Part shown: piece by piece, positions 1 through 12,051 of the stretch
Position numbering within the stretch: the first letter of the stretch is position 1
How the letters are laid out: the number at the start of each line of letters is the position of its first letter
Assembly (NCBI GenBank): GCA_963752595.1
Contig: CAVVYZ010000028.1
Span: 1 to 28,368 of the forward strand
Source: an uncultured delta proteobacterium
GTDB lineage: Bacteria > Desulfobacterota > Desulfomonilia > UBA1062
Reading direction: 5' to 3'
DNA: 28,368 nt
Notes under the pieces: model-generated
Seen by the model: only the letters and a program-made list of their open reading frames with translations
Databases searched by the model: none
What the model was told of the DNA's origin: nothing
Position numbers and translations under genes: made by a program

Positions 1-226
1 ACATGGACGCCACCACCAGCCATTCCAGAAAAATATCTCTACATCTATATCAGGAACAACGTACACGTCGTTTGTATCAGGCACCACTATCACATCGGGA
101 GGTGCCTCAAATACGATGAGTGGCGGCAGAGAAATTCCAAAGGACGATATCTACTTCTGCCATTGCTCGAATAGGAACAACAGTTGTTAATACTAAAAGG
201 ATTGTCCCCAAAAAAGACTTTTTCAT
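1..226 (-). CDS. Secreted Pro/Trp-rich hypothetical protein (5' part only; runs off window; one frameshift near 140)
   Basis: Not in the ORF track. GGAGG SD precedes ATG at 226. Reads MKKSFFGTILLVLTTVVPIRAMAEVDI (signal-peptide-like, AxA site), then after a 1-nt shift GISLPPLIVFEAPPDVIVVPDTNDVYVVPDIDVEIFFWNGWWWRP. Confidence 0.75.
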
Positions 227-621
227 ATTGCCTCCCATATCTTTTTCTCTTGCCTCTTATGACGTACAGGATACCTGTGGTGTCTACATCAGGCAAGAGC
301 GCGACAGAGATTTGCCGGCATATGACAGGAAGCAGAAGTATGTGTACAGATAATCTGTAATGGATGAGAGCTTTTCTGGATCTAATAATTATGATTAACA
401 CAATGCGACCTTCATGAGGTTTCTGGAGGGGGGGTCATCAATGCTAAATCATTCCAATAAAAAAGAAATACCATATCTTTCAGGAATAATCCATCTTAAC
501 CTCGGATTGCACACAATAGAACCGATTATACTGGACCTGTGGGTATAGTTAAGATAGGCTGATCTTTTCCAAAAATGAATCCCGCCATAACCATGAGGTA
601 GGTCAGAAGGAGACCTCAAGA

Positions 622-3600
622 GTGAATGTTGCCAAGACTACGATTCACAAGTCCCTGCTTTCATTAAGGTCACTCCTCAAAGATATATTCGTAAAAAAAC
701 ACCCTCCTGTCGAGCCGCCGCTGCGGGCGGAACTGCTCAGCCGCGACCAGATGAGGCAGCATGGAAAGGAACTGGCGGACTCGCATAAGGTGACGAAGAA
801 ACGCGTCTCCGGAAAAGCTTCTGGCAAGACTGACCGATAATGAAGACGTCCTGGTTGAAACCTGCAGTCTGCTGACTTCGGCCGTCAAGGCGAACCGCCG
901 GATTGCTCCGGCCGGGGAATGGCTGCTTGATAATTTCTACCTGATAAAAGAGCAGATCCGCACAGCCAAAAAACACTTGCCCAAGGGTTACAGCAGGGAA
1001 CTGCCCCGCTTGTTGAGCGGCCCATCGGCCGGGCTTCCGCGCGTGTACGACATCGCCCTGGAGACGATCTCGCACGGCGATGGACGGGTGGATGAGGGAA
1101 GCCTGAGCAGTTTCATTGCAGCCTATCAGCAGGTCACAGCGCTGAAGTTGGGCGAATTGTGGGCAATACCAATCATGCTGCGCCTGGCACTGATCGAGAA
1201 TCTCCGGCGGGTCGGGGCCCGGATCGCCGCTGACAGACTCGATCGGAACCTGGCCGACTCATGGGCGGACCAGATGACGGAGGTTGCCGAGAAGGACCCC
1301 AAGAGCCTGATCATGGTGATCGCGGACATGGCGCGTTCAAACCCGCCCCTGTCGAGCTCATTTGTTGCAGAACTTACGCGCCGGCTGCAGGGCCAGGGCC
1401 ATGCTCTGGCGTTGCCGCTCACCTGGATCGAGCAGTGGCTCTTTGAGTCCGGCCTGACCATCGAGCAGCTGGTCCAGTCGGAGACCCAGCAACAGGCCGC
1501 GGACCAGGTCTCCATCAGCAACAGTATCGGCAGTCTCCGGCTCTTAGGCGCGATTGACTGGCAGGAGTTCGTCGAAACGAGGAGCTTTGTCGAGCAGATA
1601 CTGCGGGAGGATCCTTCCGGGGTCTACCCAGGATGGATTTTGCCACCCGTGATCGATACCGCCACGTAGTTGAGAAGATAGCGAAAAACAGCCTGCTATC
1701 CGAAGAAGAGGTGGCACGGCATGCGATCCGGCTGGCACACGATGGCGCTGACAGTAACGGCGACGCGATCGATCGGCCCATGTCGGGTTTTACCTGATCG
1801 ACAAGGGCCTGCCGCAGCTCGAACGAATGGCTGATATGCGCATATCCACTGCCGACACGTTTCGAAGAACGTGCAGCCGATTTCCTTTGCTCCTCTATCT
1901 AGGCTCGATCACCCTGATAACAGCGATCTTTACCGCAAGCCTGCTGGCAAAGGCTCATGCCGATGGGATTCATGGCCGGCTCCTCACGCTGATCGGTATC
2001 CTCCTGGTTTTGTGCACCAGCCATCTTGCTGTCGCACTGGTGAACTGGCTGGCGACATTGCTGGTGACGCCGCATCCGCTGCCGCGCATGGACTTCTCCG
2101 AAGGAATTCCTCCGGAATTCCACACCCTGGTGGTGATACCGACCATGCTTACGAAGCGCTCAGAACATTGAGAATCTGGTCGAGGCGCTCGAAGTCCGGT
2201 TCCTGGCAAATCGTGACGATAACCTGCACTTCGGCCTGCTGACTGATTTTGCCGACGCCCGCGAGGAAACGCTGCCCGAGGACGAGCCGCTGGTGCAGCT
2301 TGCCCGGAAAAGGATCGAAGAGCTCAATGAAAAGTACCGGGATGCTCATGGCGACATGTTCTTCCTTTTCCATCGGCCGCGCCTCTGGAACCCGCAGGAG
2401 CGGATCTGGATGGGCTACGAGCGTAAGCGGGGGAAGCTTGCGGATTTGAATTCGCTTCTGCGCGGCGGTTCAAAGGATCACTTCTCGCTTCATTGTCGGG
2501 AATACGGCCCTGTTATCGGACGTCAAGTATGTGATCACCCTGGACACGGATACCATGCTCCCGCGCGACTCGGCGCGGCAGTTTGTGGCAGCCATGGCTC
2601 ATCCGCTGAATCGAGCGCTCTATGACGAAAAAATGCGGCGGGTTAGTGAAGGGTACGGCATCCTGCAGCCGCGCGTGGCCGTGAGCCTGCCGGGCACGAA
2701 CCGATCGTGGTATGCCAGGCTGTATGGAAGCGATCCGGGCATTGATCCGTATACCCGCGTCGTATCCGATATTTATCAGGATGTATTCGGTGAGGGTTCG
2801 TTCATCGGCAAGGGAATCTATGATGTCGATGCATTTGAGCTGGCCGTTCATGGGCGCTTTCCCGAGAACAAAATCCTCAGCCACGACCTTGTGGAAGGGT
2901 GCTATGCCCGCTCCGGGCTGCTCTCCGATGTACTGCTCTACGAGGAATATCCATCCCGCTACAGCGCGGACGTGAATCGCCGGTATCGGTGGATCCGGGG
3001 GGATTGGCAGATTTCGCGCTGGCTGTTGTCCCGTGTTCCGGTTCTCGGCGGGCATCGCGAAAAGAATCCGCTCTCGGGGCTGTCCCAATGGAAGATCTTT
3101 GACAACCTGCGCCGCAGTCTCGTGCCTCCGGCATTGACCCTGCTGTTGCTGCTTTCCTGGACCGTCCTGTCACCGGCCTGGCTCTGGACCTTGGCGGTGA
3201 TCGGGATCCTCATGGTTCAGCCCGTGCTTGCATCGGTTCTTGAACTGTTCCGGAAGCCGAGGGATGTGCTGCTGGGCCAGCATCTCTCAGCCTCAGATAC
3301 GCTCGGCCGGCCGGAACTTCGCCCAGGCGGCATTCACTCTCGCCTGCCTTCCCTATGAGGCGTTCTTCAGTCTGGATGCGATTTTACGCACTACATGGCG
3401 GTTGCTGATCGCCCGAAGACGGCTGCTCGAATGGAATCCTTCGGGCAATCCGGATAGACGCACGAACCTTCTCGGCTCGTTCCGGACCATGTGGTTCGCC
3501 CCCTGTATTGCCTTTGCCGCAATTATCCAGCTCGCTTTTTCGAGTCCGGCATCATTGGTTTATGCCTGGCCCATACTGGGCCTCTGGTTTGCCTCGCCGG

Positions 3601-6600
3601 CTGTCGCGTGGTGGATCAGCAGGCCGTTCGCCCGCCCGGAAGCATATTCTGAGCGCCGATCAGACCATCTTTCTCCGGAAGATCTCCCGAAAGACCTGGG
3701 CATTTTTCGAAACATTCGTCGGCCCGGAGGATAATTGGCTGCCGCCTGACAGTTATCAGGAGAATCGTCCTGCTCCGGTTGCACATCGCACATCGCCGAC
3801 CAACATGGGCCTTTCACTTCTTGCAAACCTGTCCGCATACGACTTCGGCTATATACCCTGCCGGACAAGTCCTCGAGCGCACAGCGAACGCAATCCGGAC
3901 GATGGAAGCCTTGGAACGCTACCAGGGCCACTTCTACAACTGGTATGACACGCAGTCCCTGAAGCCGCTGCCGCCTCTGTACATCTCGTCGGTGGACAGC
4001 GGGAATCTCGGGGCTCACCTGCTGATATTGCGCTCAGGCCTGCTCGCGCTTCCCGATCACAAAATAGTGAGTCCGCGGTTGTTTGAGGGGTTGAGCGACA
4101 TACTCGGGGTCTTCATGGAGGCTGCAGGGGAAGACGCAACAGAAGCGCTCACAGGGTTTCAGAATGATCTGGCCTCCGCAACCCTCTCCCGGCCGACTAC
4201 GCTCCAGCGGTACGGCTTGCATCGAGAGGCTGACGACGTCCGCCGAGGATCTGGTCCGCTCCCTGGGTGAGAGCCTGAGAGCGAAGCGAAGTGGTGGGCA
4301 TCGGCCATGGCCCGGCAATGCCGCAGCGCGTTGGATGAGCTGACCTTTCTCGCCCCGTGGACAGCGCTTCCTGCCGTTCCCGGACAGGCTCGGTGATTTC
4401 AAGGTCATCGGAGATATCCCAACGCTCTCCGAACTGGCAAGGCTCGATAAGGAGCTGCTGCCGGCAATCAGCCATCAACAAGCAGGCGCACGCGGCACCC
4501 GAGGAGATCGAGTGGCTTGTTAAGCTTCGGGATCTCATCAGTGAAGCAAGCCGGCGCGCCCGGGAGAGAATAGCAGCCATCGCCACCCTTGCCCGGCAAT
4601 TAAACGAACTGGCGGACATGGAGTATGGCTTCCTGTACGACAAGGCGCGTCATCTGCTCTCGATCGGGTACAATGTCGGGGAGGACCGGCGGGATTCGAG
4701 TTTCTACGACCTGCTGGCTTCGGAGGCGCGACTGTCATGTTTCGTGGCCATTGCCCAGGGACAACTGCCCCAGGAGTCCTGGTTCGCCCTGGGACGCCTT
4801 CTCACAAATGCCGGCGGAGATCCGGTTCTTCTCTCCTGGGACGGCTCGATGTTCGAGTACCTCATGCCGCTCCTGGTAATGCCGACCTACGAAAATACCC
4901 TGCTCGACCGGACCTACAAGGCGGCTGTGGAGAGGCAGATCGAGTATGGGATGCACCGCGGGGTCCCGTGGGGTATTTCGGAATCCGGATACAACATGGT
5001 CGACGTTCATCTGAACTACCAGTACCGGGCATTCGGCGTACCCGGCCTGGGGCTCAAACGCGGATTGGCCGAGGAGCTTGTCATTGCACCGTACGCCTCG
5101 GCGCTGGCGCTGATGGTGGCGCCTGAGGCGGCATGCCTGAATCTGCAGCGGCTCGTCAAAGAGGGGTTTGCGGGAAGATTCGGCCTTTTCGAAGCAATCG
5201 ACTACACGCCTTCACGTCAGACGCGCGGGCAAGCTAACGCCGTGGTCCGGTCCTTCATGTCCCATCACCAGGGCATGAGCCTCCTGGCCCTGGCCTATAC
5301 CCTTCTGGACCGTCCGATGCAGCAACGATTCGAGTCTGATCCGCTTTTCCAGGCGACAACGCTTGCTGCTTCAGGAGCGTGTTCCCAAGGCAACGGCGTT
5401 CTATTCGCACACCACAGAGCTCTCCGATTTACGCACGATTCCCGTCGGCCTGGAGACTCCGGTACGTGTCTTCAGCAGCCCGGACACACCGGTTCCTGAA
5501 GTTCAGTTGTTATCGAACCGCAGATACCACGTTATGGTCACGAATTCGGGAGGCGGCTACAGCCGCTGGAAAGACATCGCCGTCACCCGATGGCGCGAAG
5601 ACACTACCAGCGATAACTGGGGAGCATTCTGTTACATCCGCGACAGTGGAAAGCTCGTGAGTTCTGGTCAAATACCTTTCAGCCGACTCTGAAACAGCCG
5701 AAGCTCTATGAGGTGATTTTTTCAGAGGGCCGTGCAGAGTTCCGCCGCCGCGACAATGATATCGACATGCATACCGAGATCGCCGTCTCGCCCGGAGGAT
5801 GATATCGAGCTGCGCCGAATCCGCATCACCAACCGTTCCCGCAGGCACAGAGAGATCGAGGTGACGAGTTATGCGGAAGTCGTTCTCGCACCGCCTGCCG
5901 GTGATGCGTTGCATCCGGCGTTCAGCAACCTCTTTGTCCAGACCGAGATCCTCCGCCCGCAACGGGCGATCCTCTGTACCCGCCGGCCCCGCTCCAAGGG
6001 TGAGCCCGTAGCCGTGGATGCTTCACCTGATGGCCGTGCACGGGGCGCACACCGGAGAAGTTTCCTATGAGACCGACCGCATGCGGTTCATCGGCCGGGG
6101 AAACAGCCTTGCCTCTCCTCGAGGCAATGAGGAAATCCGCTGTGCTCTCGGGCAGCGACGGCTCCGTGCTCGATCCGATTGTCGCGATCCGGCACCGGAT
6201 CATGCTCGATCCGGGAAAATCGGCAACGATCGATATGGTCACCGGCGTCAGGTGAAACAAGGGACACAGCATTGAGCCTTGTCGGAAAAATACCAGGACC
6301 GGCGCCTTGCGGATCGCGTTTTCGATCTGGCGTGGACGCACTCTCAGGTGATCCTGCAACAGCTCAATATCACGGAGGCCGACGCACAACTCTATGGACG
6401 CCTTGCCGGCTCCGTCATCTATGCCAATTCGTCACTGCGCGCCGACCCGAGCCTCCTCATCAAAAACAATCGCGGGCAATCCGGCCTCTGGGGCTATGCC
6501 ATTTCAGGCGATCTGCCCATTGTGCTGCTGCAGATCAAAGATCCATCCAATATCGAACTGGTGCGCCAGCTCGTCCAGGCCCACGCTTACTGGCGCTTAA

Positions 6601-9348
6601 AGGGACTGACCGTGGACCTGGTGATCTGGAACGAAGATCACGCCGGTTACCGGCAACTTCTGCAAGACCAGATCATGGGGCTCATTGCCGCAGGCATCGA
6701 AGTCAACGTGACGGATCGGCCGGGAGGCATCTTTGTAAGGCTCGCCGAGCAGATATCGAGCGAAGACCGCATCCTCTTCCAGACAGTCGCCCGAGCCATC
6801 ATCAGTGACAGCAAAGGCGCCCTGGCGGAACAGCTCTACCGGCGAGTCGTTGCCGAAGCAGCCTTGCCGCAACTCAATCCGACCCGGACACACCGCCCCG
6901 AACCAAAGTCTGTTGTGGCGTTACCTCGCCTTGACCTGGACTTTTTCAACGGGATCGGAGGATTCACCCCTGACGGGAAAGAGTACGTAATTACGACAGC
7001 GCAGGATCAGTTGACACCGTCGCCATGGGTGAATGTCCTGGCGAATCCGAACTTCGGGACCGTCATCTCGGAGAGCGGGATTGCCTACACCTGGAGCGAA
7101 AACGCCCATGAGTTCCGCCTCACTCCGTGGAACAACGATCCTGTGGGCGATTCAAGCGGAGAAGCGTTTTACCTCCGTGATGAAGAGCGCGGCCACTTCT
7201 GGTCGCCCATGCCGCTGCCCAGCCAGGGAGCCACGCCTTACGTCACCCGGCACGGGTTCGGTTACAGCGTCTTCGAGCATACGGAACGCGGCATCCGCTC
7301 AGAGGTGTGGGTTTACGTGGCAAAGGACGCACCGGTCAAGTTCACCGTACTCAGAGTGCGGAACGAGTCGGGCCGAAGCCGGAAGCTCTCTGTGACGGGT
7401 TACGTCGAATGGGTGCTCGGAGACCTGCGGCCGAAATCGGCCATGCATGTGATTACCGGGATCGACCCGACCAGCGGCGCCCTGTTTGCTCGGAACCCTT
7501 ACAGCACTGAGTTCTCCGGCCGGATCGCCTTCTTCGATGTGGATGACTCTGACCCGGACCGTTAGCGGCGATCGAACTGAGTTTATCGGGCGTGGCGGCA
7601 CGCTACGAAATCCGGCTGCAATGAAGCGGTCGCGGCTTTCCAACAGAGTAGGGGCTGCTTACGATCCCTGCGCCGCTATCCAGGTCCCCTTCGAGCTCGC
7701 AGACGGCCAGGAGCGAGAGATCATCTTCAGGCTCGGTGCAGGGCGGGATGCCGATGACGCTGTCAATCTGGTTCATCGCTTCCGTGGTTCTTTAGCGGCA
7801 CGCGGCGAGCTTGAAACTCTCTGGCAGTACTGGAACCACACGCTCGGGGCAATACAGGTGGAAACCCCTGACATGGCGGTGAACATCATGGCCAACGGCT
7901 GGCTCATGTACCAGACGCTTTCCTGCCGCCTCTGGGCACGGAGCGGTTATTACCAGTCCGGCGGCGCATTCGGTTTCCGCGACCAGCTGCAGGACGTGAT
8001 GGCACTCATCCACACGAAGCCGCACCTCATGCGCGAGCATCTCCTTCATTGCGCGGCCCGCCAGTTCAAAGAGGGAGATGTCCAGCACTGGTGGCATCCT
8101 CCGTTCGGCCGGGGCGTGCGCACACATTGTTCGGACGATTTTCTCTGGCTCGTTATGGCTGCCTGCCGCTACGTTCTGAGCACCGGCGATACCGGCGTGC
8201 TGGATGAACCCATCAGTTTCCTTGAAGGCCGTCCGGTAAACACGGACGAGGATTCTTATTACGATCTGCCCGTCCGGTCTGAAGAAGCGGCCGGTCTGTA
8301 CGAACACTGTGTCCGGGCCATTGTCAAAGGTCTCAATTTCGGTGAGCACGGCCTGCCGCTCATGGGTTCGGGTGACTGGAATGACGGGATGAACCTCGTG
8401 GGCGAACACGGCAAAGGGGAAAGTGTCTGGCTGGCTTTTTTCCTGTATGATGTGCTTATGCAGTTTGCTGAGGTTGCCCGCAAGCGGGGTGATCTGTCCT
8501 TTGCCGAGCACTGCCTTCAGGAGGCGGCTCAATTGCGCTGGAATATCGATCAGAACGGCTGGGACGGAGAGTGGTACCGCCGTGCTTACTTTGACAACGG
8601 GACGCCGCTGGGGTCGGCGGGCAACCCCGAATGCTCCATCGATTCCATTGTGCAAAGCTGGTCCGTTCTCTCCGGGGCAGGAGATGCAAGGCGCTCACGC
8701 ATGGCCATGGATGCTCTTGATAAGCAGCTCGTTGACAGGGAGCATTCCCTGATCCGGCTTCTGGACCCGCCCTTCGACAAGTCGGAATTGGATCCGGGTT
8801 ACATAAAAGGATACGTCCCGGGTGTGAGAGAAAACGGCGGGCAGTACACGCATGGGGCAATCTGGGCGACCATGGCATTCGCCGCGTTGGGCGATGGCGC
8901 TCGTGCCTGGGAACTGCTTGCCATGATCAATCCCATACATCATGCCGGGTCCGCCGACGAGGTCAGCACTTATAAAGTCGAACCATATGTTGTTGCTGCC
9001 GATGTCTATGCACTTTCCCCGCATACCGGCCGCGGTGGCTGGACATGGTACACGGGTTCGGCTGCGTGGATGTACCGGCTGATCGTGGAATCGCTCCTGG
9101 GGCTGAAGCTTGACGGGGACAAACTGCGTTTTGCCCCGTGCCTCCCCGTGAAGGGTTGGGAGACATTCAAGGTCCTTTACCGGTATCGGGAGACGGTCTA
9201 TCACATCACCATCCGGCAAACACATGATGTACCCGGTGAGATGAATGTGGCAGTGGATGGACTCGATCAACAGGACAAGGCGATACCCCTTGTCGACGAC
9301 CACCAGGAACATAAGATCGAGGTGAGAATACCTCTTGCAGGCACCTAA
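622..9348 (+). CDS. ndvB: Cyclic beta-1,2-glucan synthase (GT84 domain + cyclisation domain + GH94 phosphorylase), broken by roughly 15 frameshifts
   Basis: Consecutive ORF fragments carry the family motifs in order: GEWLLDNFY, LPRVYDIALE, LGELWAIPIMLR, WMGYERKRGKL, ITLDTDT, GSFIGKGIYDVDAF, LSHDLVEG, RWIRGDWQ, HRTSPTNMG, GHFYNWYDT, YDLLASEARL, SWDGSMFEYLMP, PWGISES, GGAFGFRDQLQD, GDWNDGMN, RENGGQYTH, WTWYTGSA. AAGGAG SD precedes GTG 622. Confidence 0.93.
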
Positions 9349-9485
9349 CTGTCATTTCTCTGACAAGGGTGCAGGATTGTTAAAAGTGCCTCAGATAAAA
9401 TGTATGATTTTTTAGCATTATGACGGGAGTAACGATTATATCTCATCTCTTAGAAAGTACATATTTTGTGAGGTTATCGGTGGTT

Positions 9486-9508
9486 GCCCTGTTTTGAATA
9501 AAAAGGGC
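9486..9508. terminator. Possible terminator hairpin between convergent cgs and moaC
   Basis: GCCCT-G-TTTT-GAAT-AAAA-AGGGC bulged stem in an AT-rich gap; weak, with no clear U-tract. Confidence 0.25.
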
Positions 9509-9629
9509 TGCTGTTAGTTCTGATTGTATTTTTTATTCTCTGCTTGTAAGATCAAGTTATGGAATACATTATTACTTTGGCGTTTGGGATAAGAATTTCC
9601 CAGAGAAAGAACCTTTGCCGGAAACTGCT

Positions 9630-10103
9630 TTAAGGCCGTACGTAGTGCCCGCTCTTGCCGCCTGATTTTTCGACGAGGCAGATGCCGTCGATCACCATGG
9701 ACCTGTCCATGGCCTTGCACATGTCGTAAATGGTGAGCAATGCGATGCTTGCGGCGTGGAGGGCTTCCATTTCCACACCGGTTTTGCCGGTCACCCTGAC
9801 TTCTGTCTGAACCTCGATGGTTGATGATTCCTCATGGGGAAGGAAATCTACCACAATGTGGTCGATGGGAAGGGGATGACACAGAGGGATGGTGTTCGAG
9901 GTGTTCTTTGCTGCCATGATCGCAGCGATCTTTGCAGTTGCAAGGACATTTCCCTTCTTGATACGGTCTTCCATGACAGCCTGGTATGTATCCCGGTTCA
10001 TGGAGATGAGCCCGCGGGCACGGGCGATTCTTGTGGTTACGTCCTTGGCGCCGACATCCACCATGGATACCCGGCCCTGCTCATCAAGATGGGTAAGTCC
10101 CAC
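9630..10103 (-). CDS. moaC: Cyclic pyranopterin monophosphate synthase MoaC
   Basis: LTHLDEQGRVSMVDV, IPLCHPL, TGVEMEAL, LTIYDMCKA and KSGGKSG motifs; intact 157 aa. Confidence 0.97.
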   Translation of the reverse strand: MGLTHLDEQGRVSMVDVGAKDVTTRIARARGLISMNRDTYQAVMEDRIKKGNVLATAKIAAIMAAKNTSNTIPLCHPLPIDHIVVDFLPHEESSTIEVQTEVRVTGKTGVEMEALHAASIALLTIYDMCKAMDRSMVIDGICLVEKSGGKSGHYVRP

Positions 10104-10118
10104 GTTCGCCTCTACCTG

Positions 10119-10385
10119 TTAATCCGAATCTGATGAAGAGCCGGGCTTATCGGTCGAGACAGGAGAAGACGTTTCGGACTCTGCCTTCGACTCAGAAGGA
10201 CTGCCCTTCTTGGCATAATCCGTGAGATACCAGCCGGAACCTTTCAGATGGAAAGATGAACGCGACATGAGTTTCTTCACGGACCCGCCGCATCCGGGAC
10301 ACTGGAGAAGAGGGGCATCGCTGAACTTCTGCATGGCTTCGAACTGATTTTTGCACCTGGAACACTTATACTCATAAATAGGCAA
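10119..10385 (-). CDS. FmdB-family zinc-ribbon protein
   Basis: (M)PIYEYKCSRC...CPGCGG...FHLKGSGWYLTDY with a Ser-rich tail; TTG start at 10385 follows a GGAGG SD. Confidence 0.9.
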   Translation of the reverse strand: MPIYEYKCSRCKNQFEAMQKFSDAPLLQCPGCGGSVKKLMSRSSFHLKGSGWYLTDYAKKGSPSESKAESETSSPVSTDKPGSSSDSD

Positions 10386-10902
10386 TGTAATACCTCCCAT
10401 GCTCTATAAACATCGTGAAGCTATATAGGGGTGCCGCTTCCACCTTGTCAAGCAGAGTCAGCACGTTTTTCAACCCGGTAACAGGATTTTTTGCCATGAA
10501 AAGCCTCGTGAGGTTATCCACATGAACCTCCTCATCTTCCCGGGGGGCTTCGAAAAAGTCGGCCTTGCCGGTAGAAAACCTGTGAATATGGAGGAGCTCA
10601 TGCGTCATGATAAAGGTGAGGAGGGAGAACATGTCGATCTCCCTTCTCTCCTGTATGAATTCGAATATCCGGATATCCTGGAGACATATCCGGTACAGGG
10701 GCTGCCTTCCCGGGGTATCCGGCTCGAGCCTCATGAGTTTGGCAAAAACACCTTCCTGCCTCTCGTGATCCTCGGTTTCCACGAGGGTTTTCACGTCGTA
10801 GCAGTCGCCACATTTCCAGCTCGTTTCCTTGGAAACGATATGCTCGGCCAGGGCAGTGCTTCTCATGAGCAGCCCTCTCTGTCCAGGCTGAAAATATCCC
10901 AT
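10372..10902 (-). CDS. Conserved hypothetical protein with HExxH zinc-binding motif
   Basis: 176 aa; THELLHIHRF followed by EEVHVD; overlaps the start of the FmdB gene. Confidence 0.8.
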   Translation of the reverse strand: MGYFQPGQRGLLMRSTALAEHIVSKETSWKCGDCYDVKTLVETEDHERQEGVFAKLMRLEPDTPGRQPLYRICLQDIRIFEFIQERREIDMFSLLTFIMTHELLHIHRFSTGKADFFEAPREDEEVHVDNLTRLFMAKNPVTGLKNVLTLLDKVEAAPLYSFTMFIEHGRYYIAYL

Positions 10903-10908
10903 GAATTT

Positions 10909-10937
10909 ATTCTAGTATCTCACCGGGAAAAAAGCAA
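10909..10937 (-). promoter_or_regulatory. Sigma70-type promoter for the HExxH-fmdB-moaC unit (likely leaderless transcript)
   Basis: Minus strand TTGCTT-N17-TAGAAT-N6-ATG(10902); no SD. Confidence 0.6.
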
Positions 10938-10943
10938 GGGGCC

Positions 10944-11963
10944 TTAGATATCCCTGTCCACTGCGCTCGCGATGCGCCTGATCCCTTCCATCACGGCCTT
11001 GAACTCTTTCGGGCGGAGCGACTGGGGACCGTCCGAGAGCGCCTGCTCCGGTCTGGGATGGACTTCGATCATGATCCCGTCCGCACCCGCTGCTATTGCC
11101 GCGTAGGCCATCCGCTCCACATACCGTGCATGGCCGGTTCCGTGGGATGGATCCACAATCACCGGGAGGTGGGTCCTCTCCTTGAGCACGGGCACGGCGG
11201 AGAGGTCCAGGGTGTTACGCGTAGCGGTTTCAAAGGTCCTGATCCCCCGCTCGCAGAGGATGACCTGGCTGTTCCCGCCTGAGAGGACATACTCGGCAGA
11301 CATGAGAAACTCCTCGATGTTTGTCGACATGCCCCGTTTGAGGAGTACGGGCTTCTTTGTCTTTCCCACTTCTTTGAGCAGCTGGAAGTTCTGGATGTTC
11401 CTGGCTCCCACCTGAAGGCAGTCGGCATATTCGAGGATCAGCTCTATGCTGGCGATGTCCATGACCTCGGTAATAACCGGCAGGCCGTATTTCTCACGCG
11501 CCTTTGCGAGCAGGATGAGGCCGTCGCTTTTCAGGCCCTGGAACGCATACGGGGAGGTCCTTGGCTTGAAGGCCCCGCCGCGGAGCATGTGCGCGCCGGA
11601 TTCCTTCAGGGCGGATGCAACCTCCATGATCTGCTCTTCATTTTCCACTGCGCAGGGCCCTGCTATGACCGTGAGCTTTCTGCCTCCGATCGTGACTCCG
11701 AGCCCGAGGTCAACGACGGTCGAGTCGGGTTTCGTCTCCCGCGAAGCAAGTTTATATGGTGCAAGAATAGGGATAACCTTTTCTACTCCGGGCTGTGCCT
11801 CAAGACAGGTAAGCCGCTCCTTGCCCCGCTCGTCTCCGATCGCCCCGTACAATACCCTCTCGGATCCCTTGCTCTCGTGAACCCTGTACCCGAATCCCTC
11901 GATGAGCTCCCTGACATGGCTCATCTGCTCCTGTGTTGCTCCCTTTTTCATCGATATGATCAT
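10944..11963 (-). CDS. aroF: DAHP synthase, type I-beta, with N-terminal ferredoxin-like/ACT regulatory domain
   Basis: [50 protein letters not shown] and DPSHGTG motifs. The true start is MIISMKK at 11963, behind a GGAGG SD; the 12044 start in the ORF track runs through the terminator. Confidence 0.97.
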   Translation of the reverse strand: MIISMKKGATQEQMSHVRELIEGFGYRVHESKGSERVLYGAIGDERGKERLTCLEAQPGVEKVIPILAPYKLASRETKPDSTVVDLGLGVTIGGRKLTVIAGPCAVENEEQIMEVASALKESGAHMLRGGAFKPRTSPYAFQGLKSDGLILLAKAREKYGLPVITEVMDIASIELILEYADCLQVGARNIQNFQLLKEVGKTKKPVLLKRGMSTNIEEFLMSAEYVLSGGNSQVILCERGIRTFETATRNTLDLSAVPVLKERTHLPVIVDPSHGTGHARYVERMAYAAIAAGADGIMIEVHPRPEQALSDGPQSLRPKEFKAVMEGIRRIASAVDRDI

Positions 11964-12013
11964 TTCTACCTCCATGAAGTATGACGGCCGCCGATGCTCC
12001 CTTGGCCCAGAAT

Positions 12014-12051
12014 AAAAAAGGCCGTGGGAGGAAGAACCACCCACGGCCTTT
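12014..12051 (-). terminator. Intrinsic terminator (attenuator) in the aroF leader
   Basis: Minus strand AAAGGCCGTGGG-TGGTTCTTCCT-CCCACGGCCTTTTTT: a 9-bp GC-rich stem plus U6, about 50 nt upstream of the aroF start. Confidence 0.9.

Noticed and set aside
90-401. ORF-track calls 90..401 (-) and 120..353 (+)
   Set aside because: They are shadow frames of the SD-led minus-strand gene starting at 226 and have no recognisable motifs.
7792-9312. Long antisense ORFs (7792..8655, 8695..9312 and similar elsewhere)
   Set aside because: They are typical antisense shadows of GC-rich coding sequence, with no motifs.
622-9348. Programmed frameshifting, or a multi-gene glucan operon
   Set aside because: The fragments tile one known single-polypeptide family, and similar shifts affect unrelated genes throughout the window.
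9630-11963. moaC/fmdB/HExxH genes under aromatic attenuation as one operon with aroF
   Set aside because: A separate well-spaced promoter sits in the 41-nt gap at 10903-10943; read-through is possible but unsupported.
11964-12044. 27-aa N-terminal extension of AroF given in the ORF track
   Set aside because: It runs through the terminator hairpin, and a good SD precedes ATG 11963.
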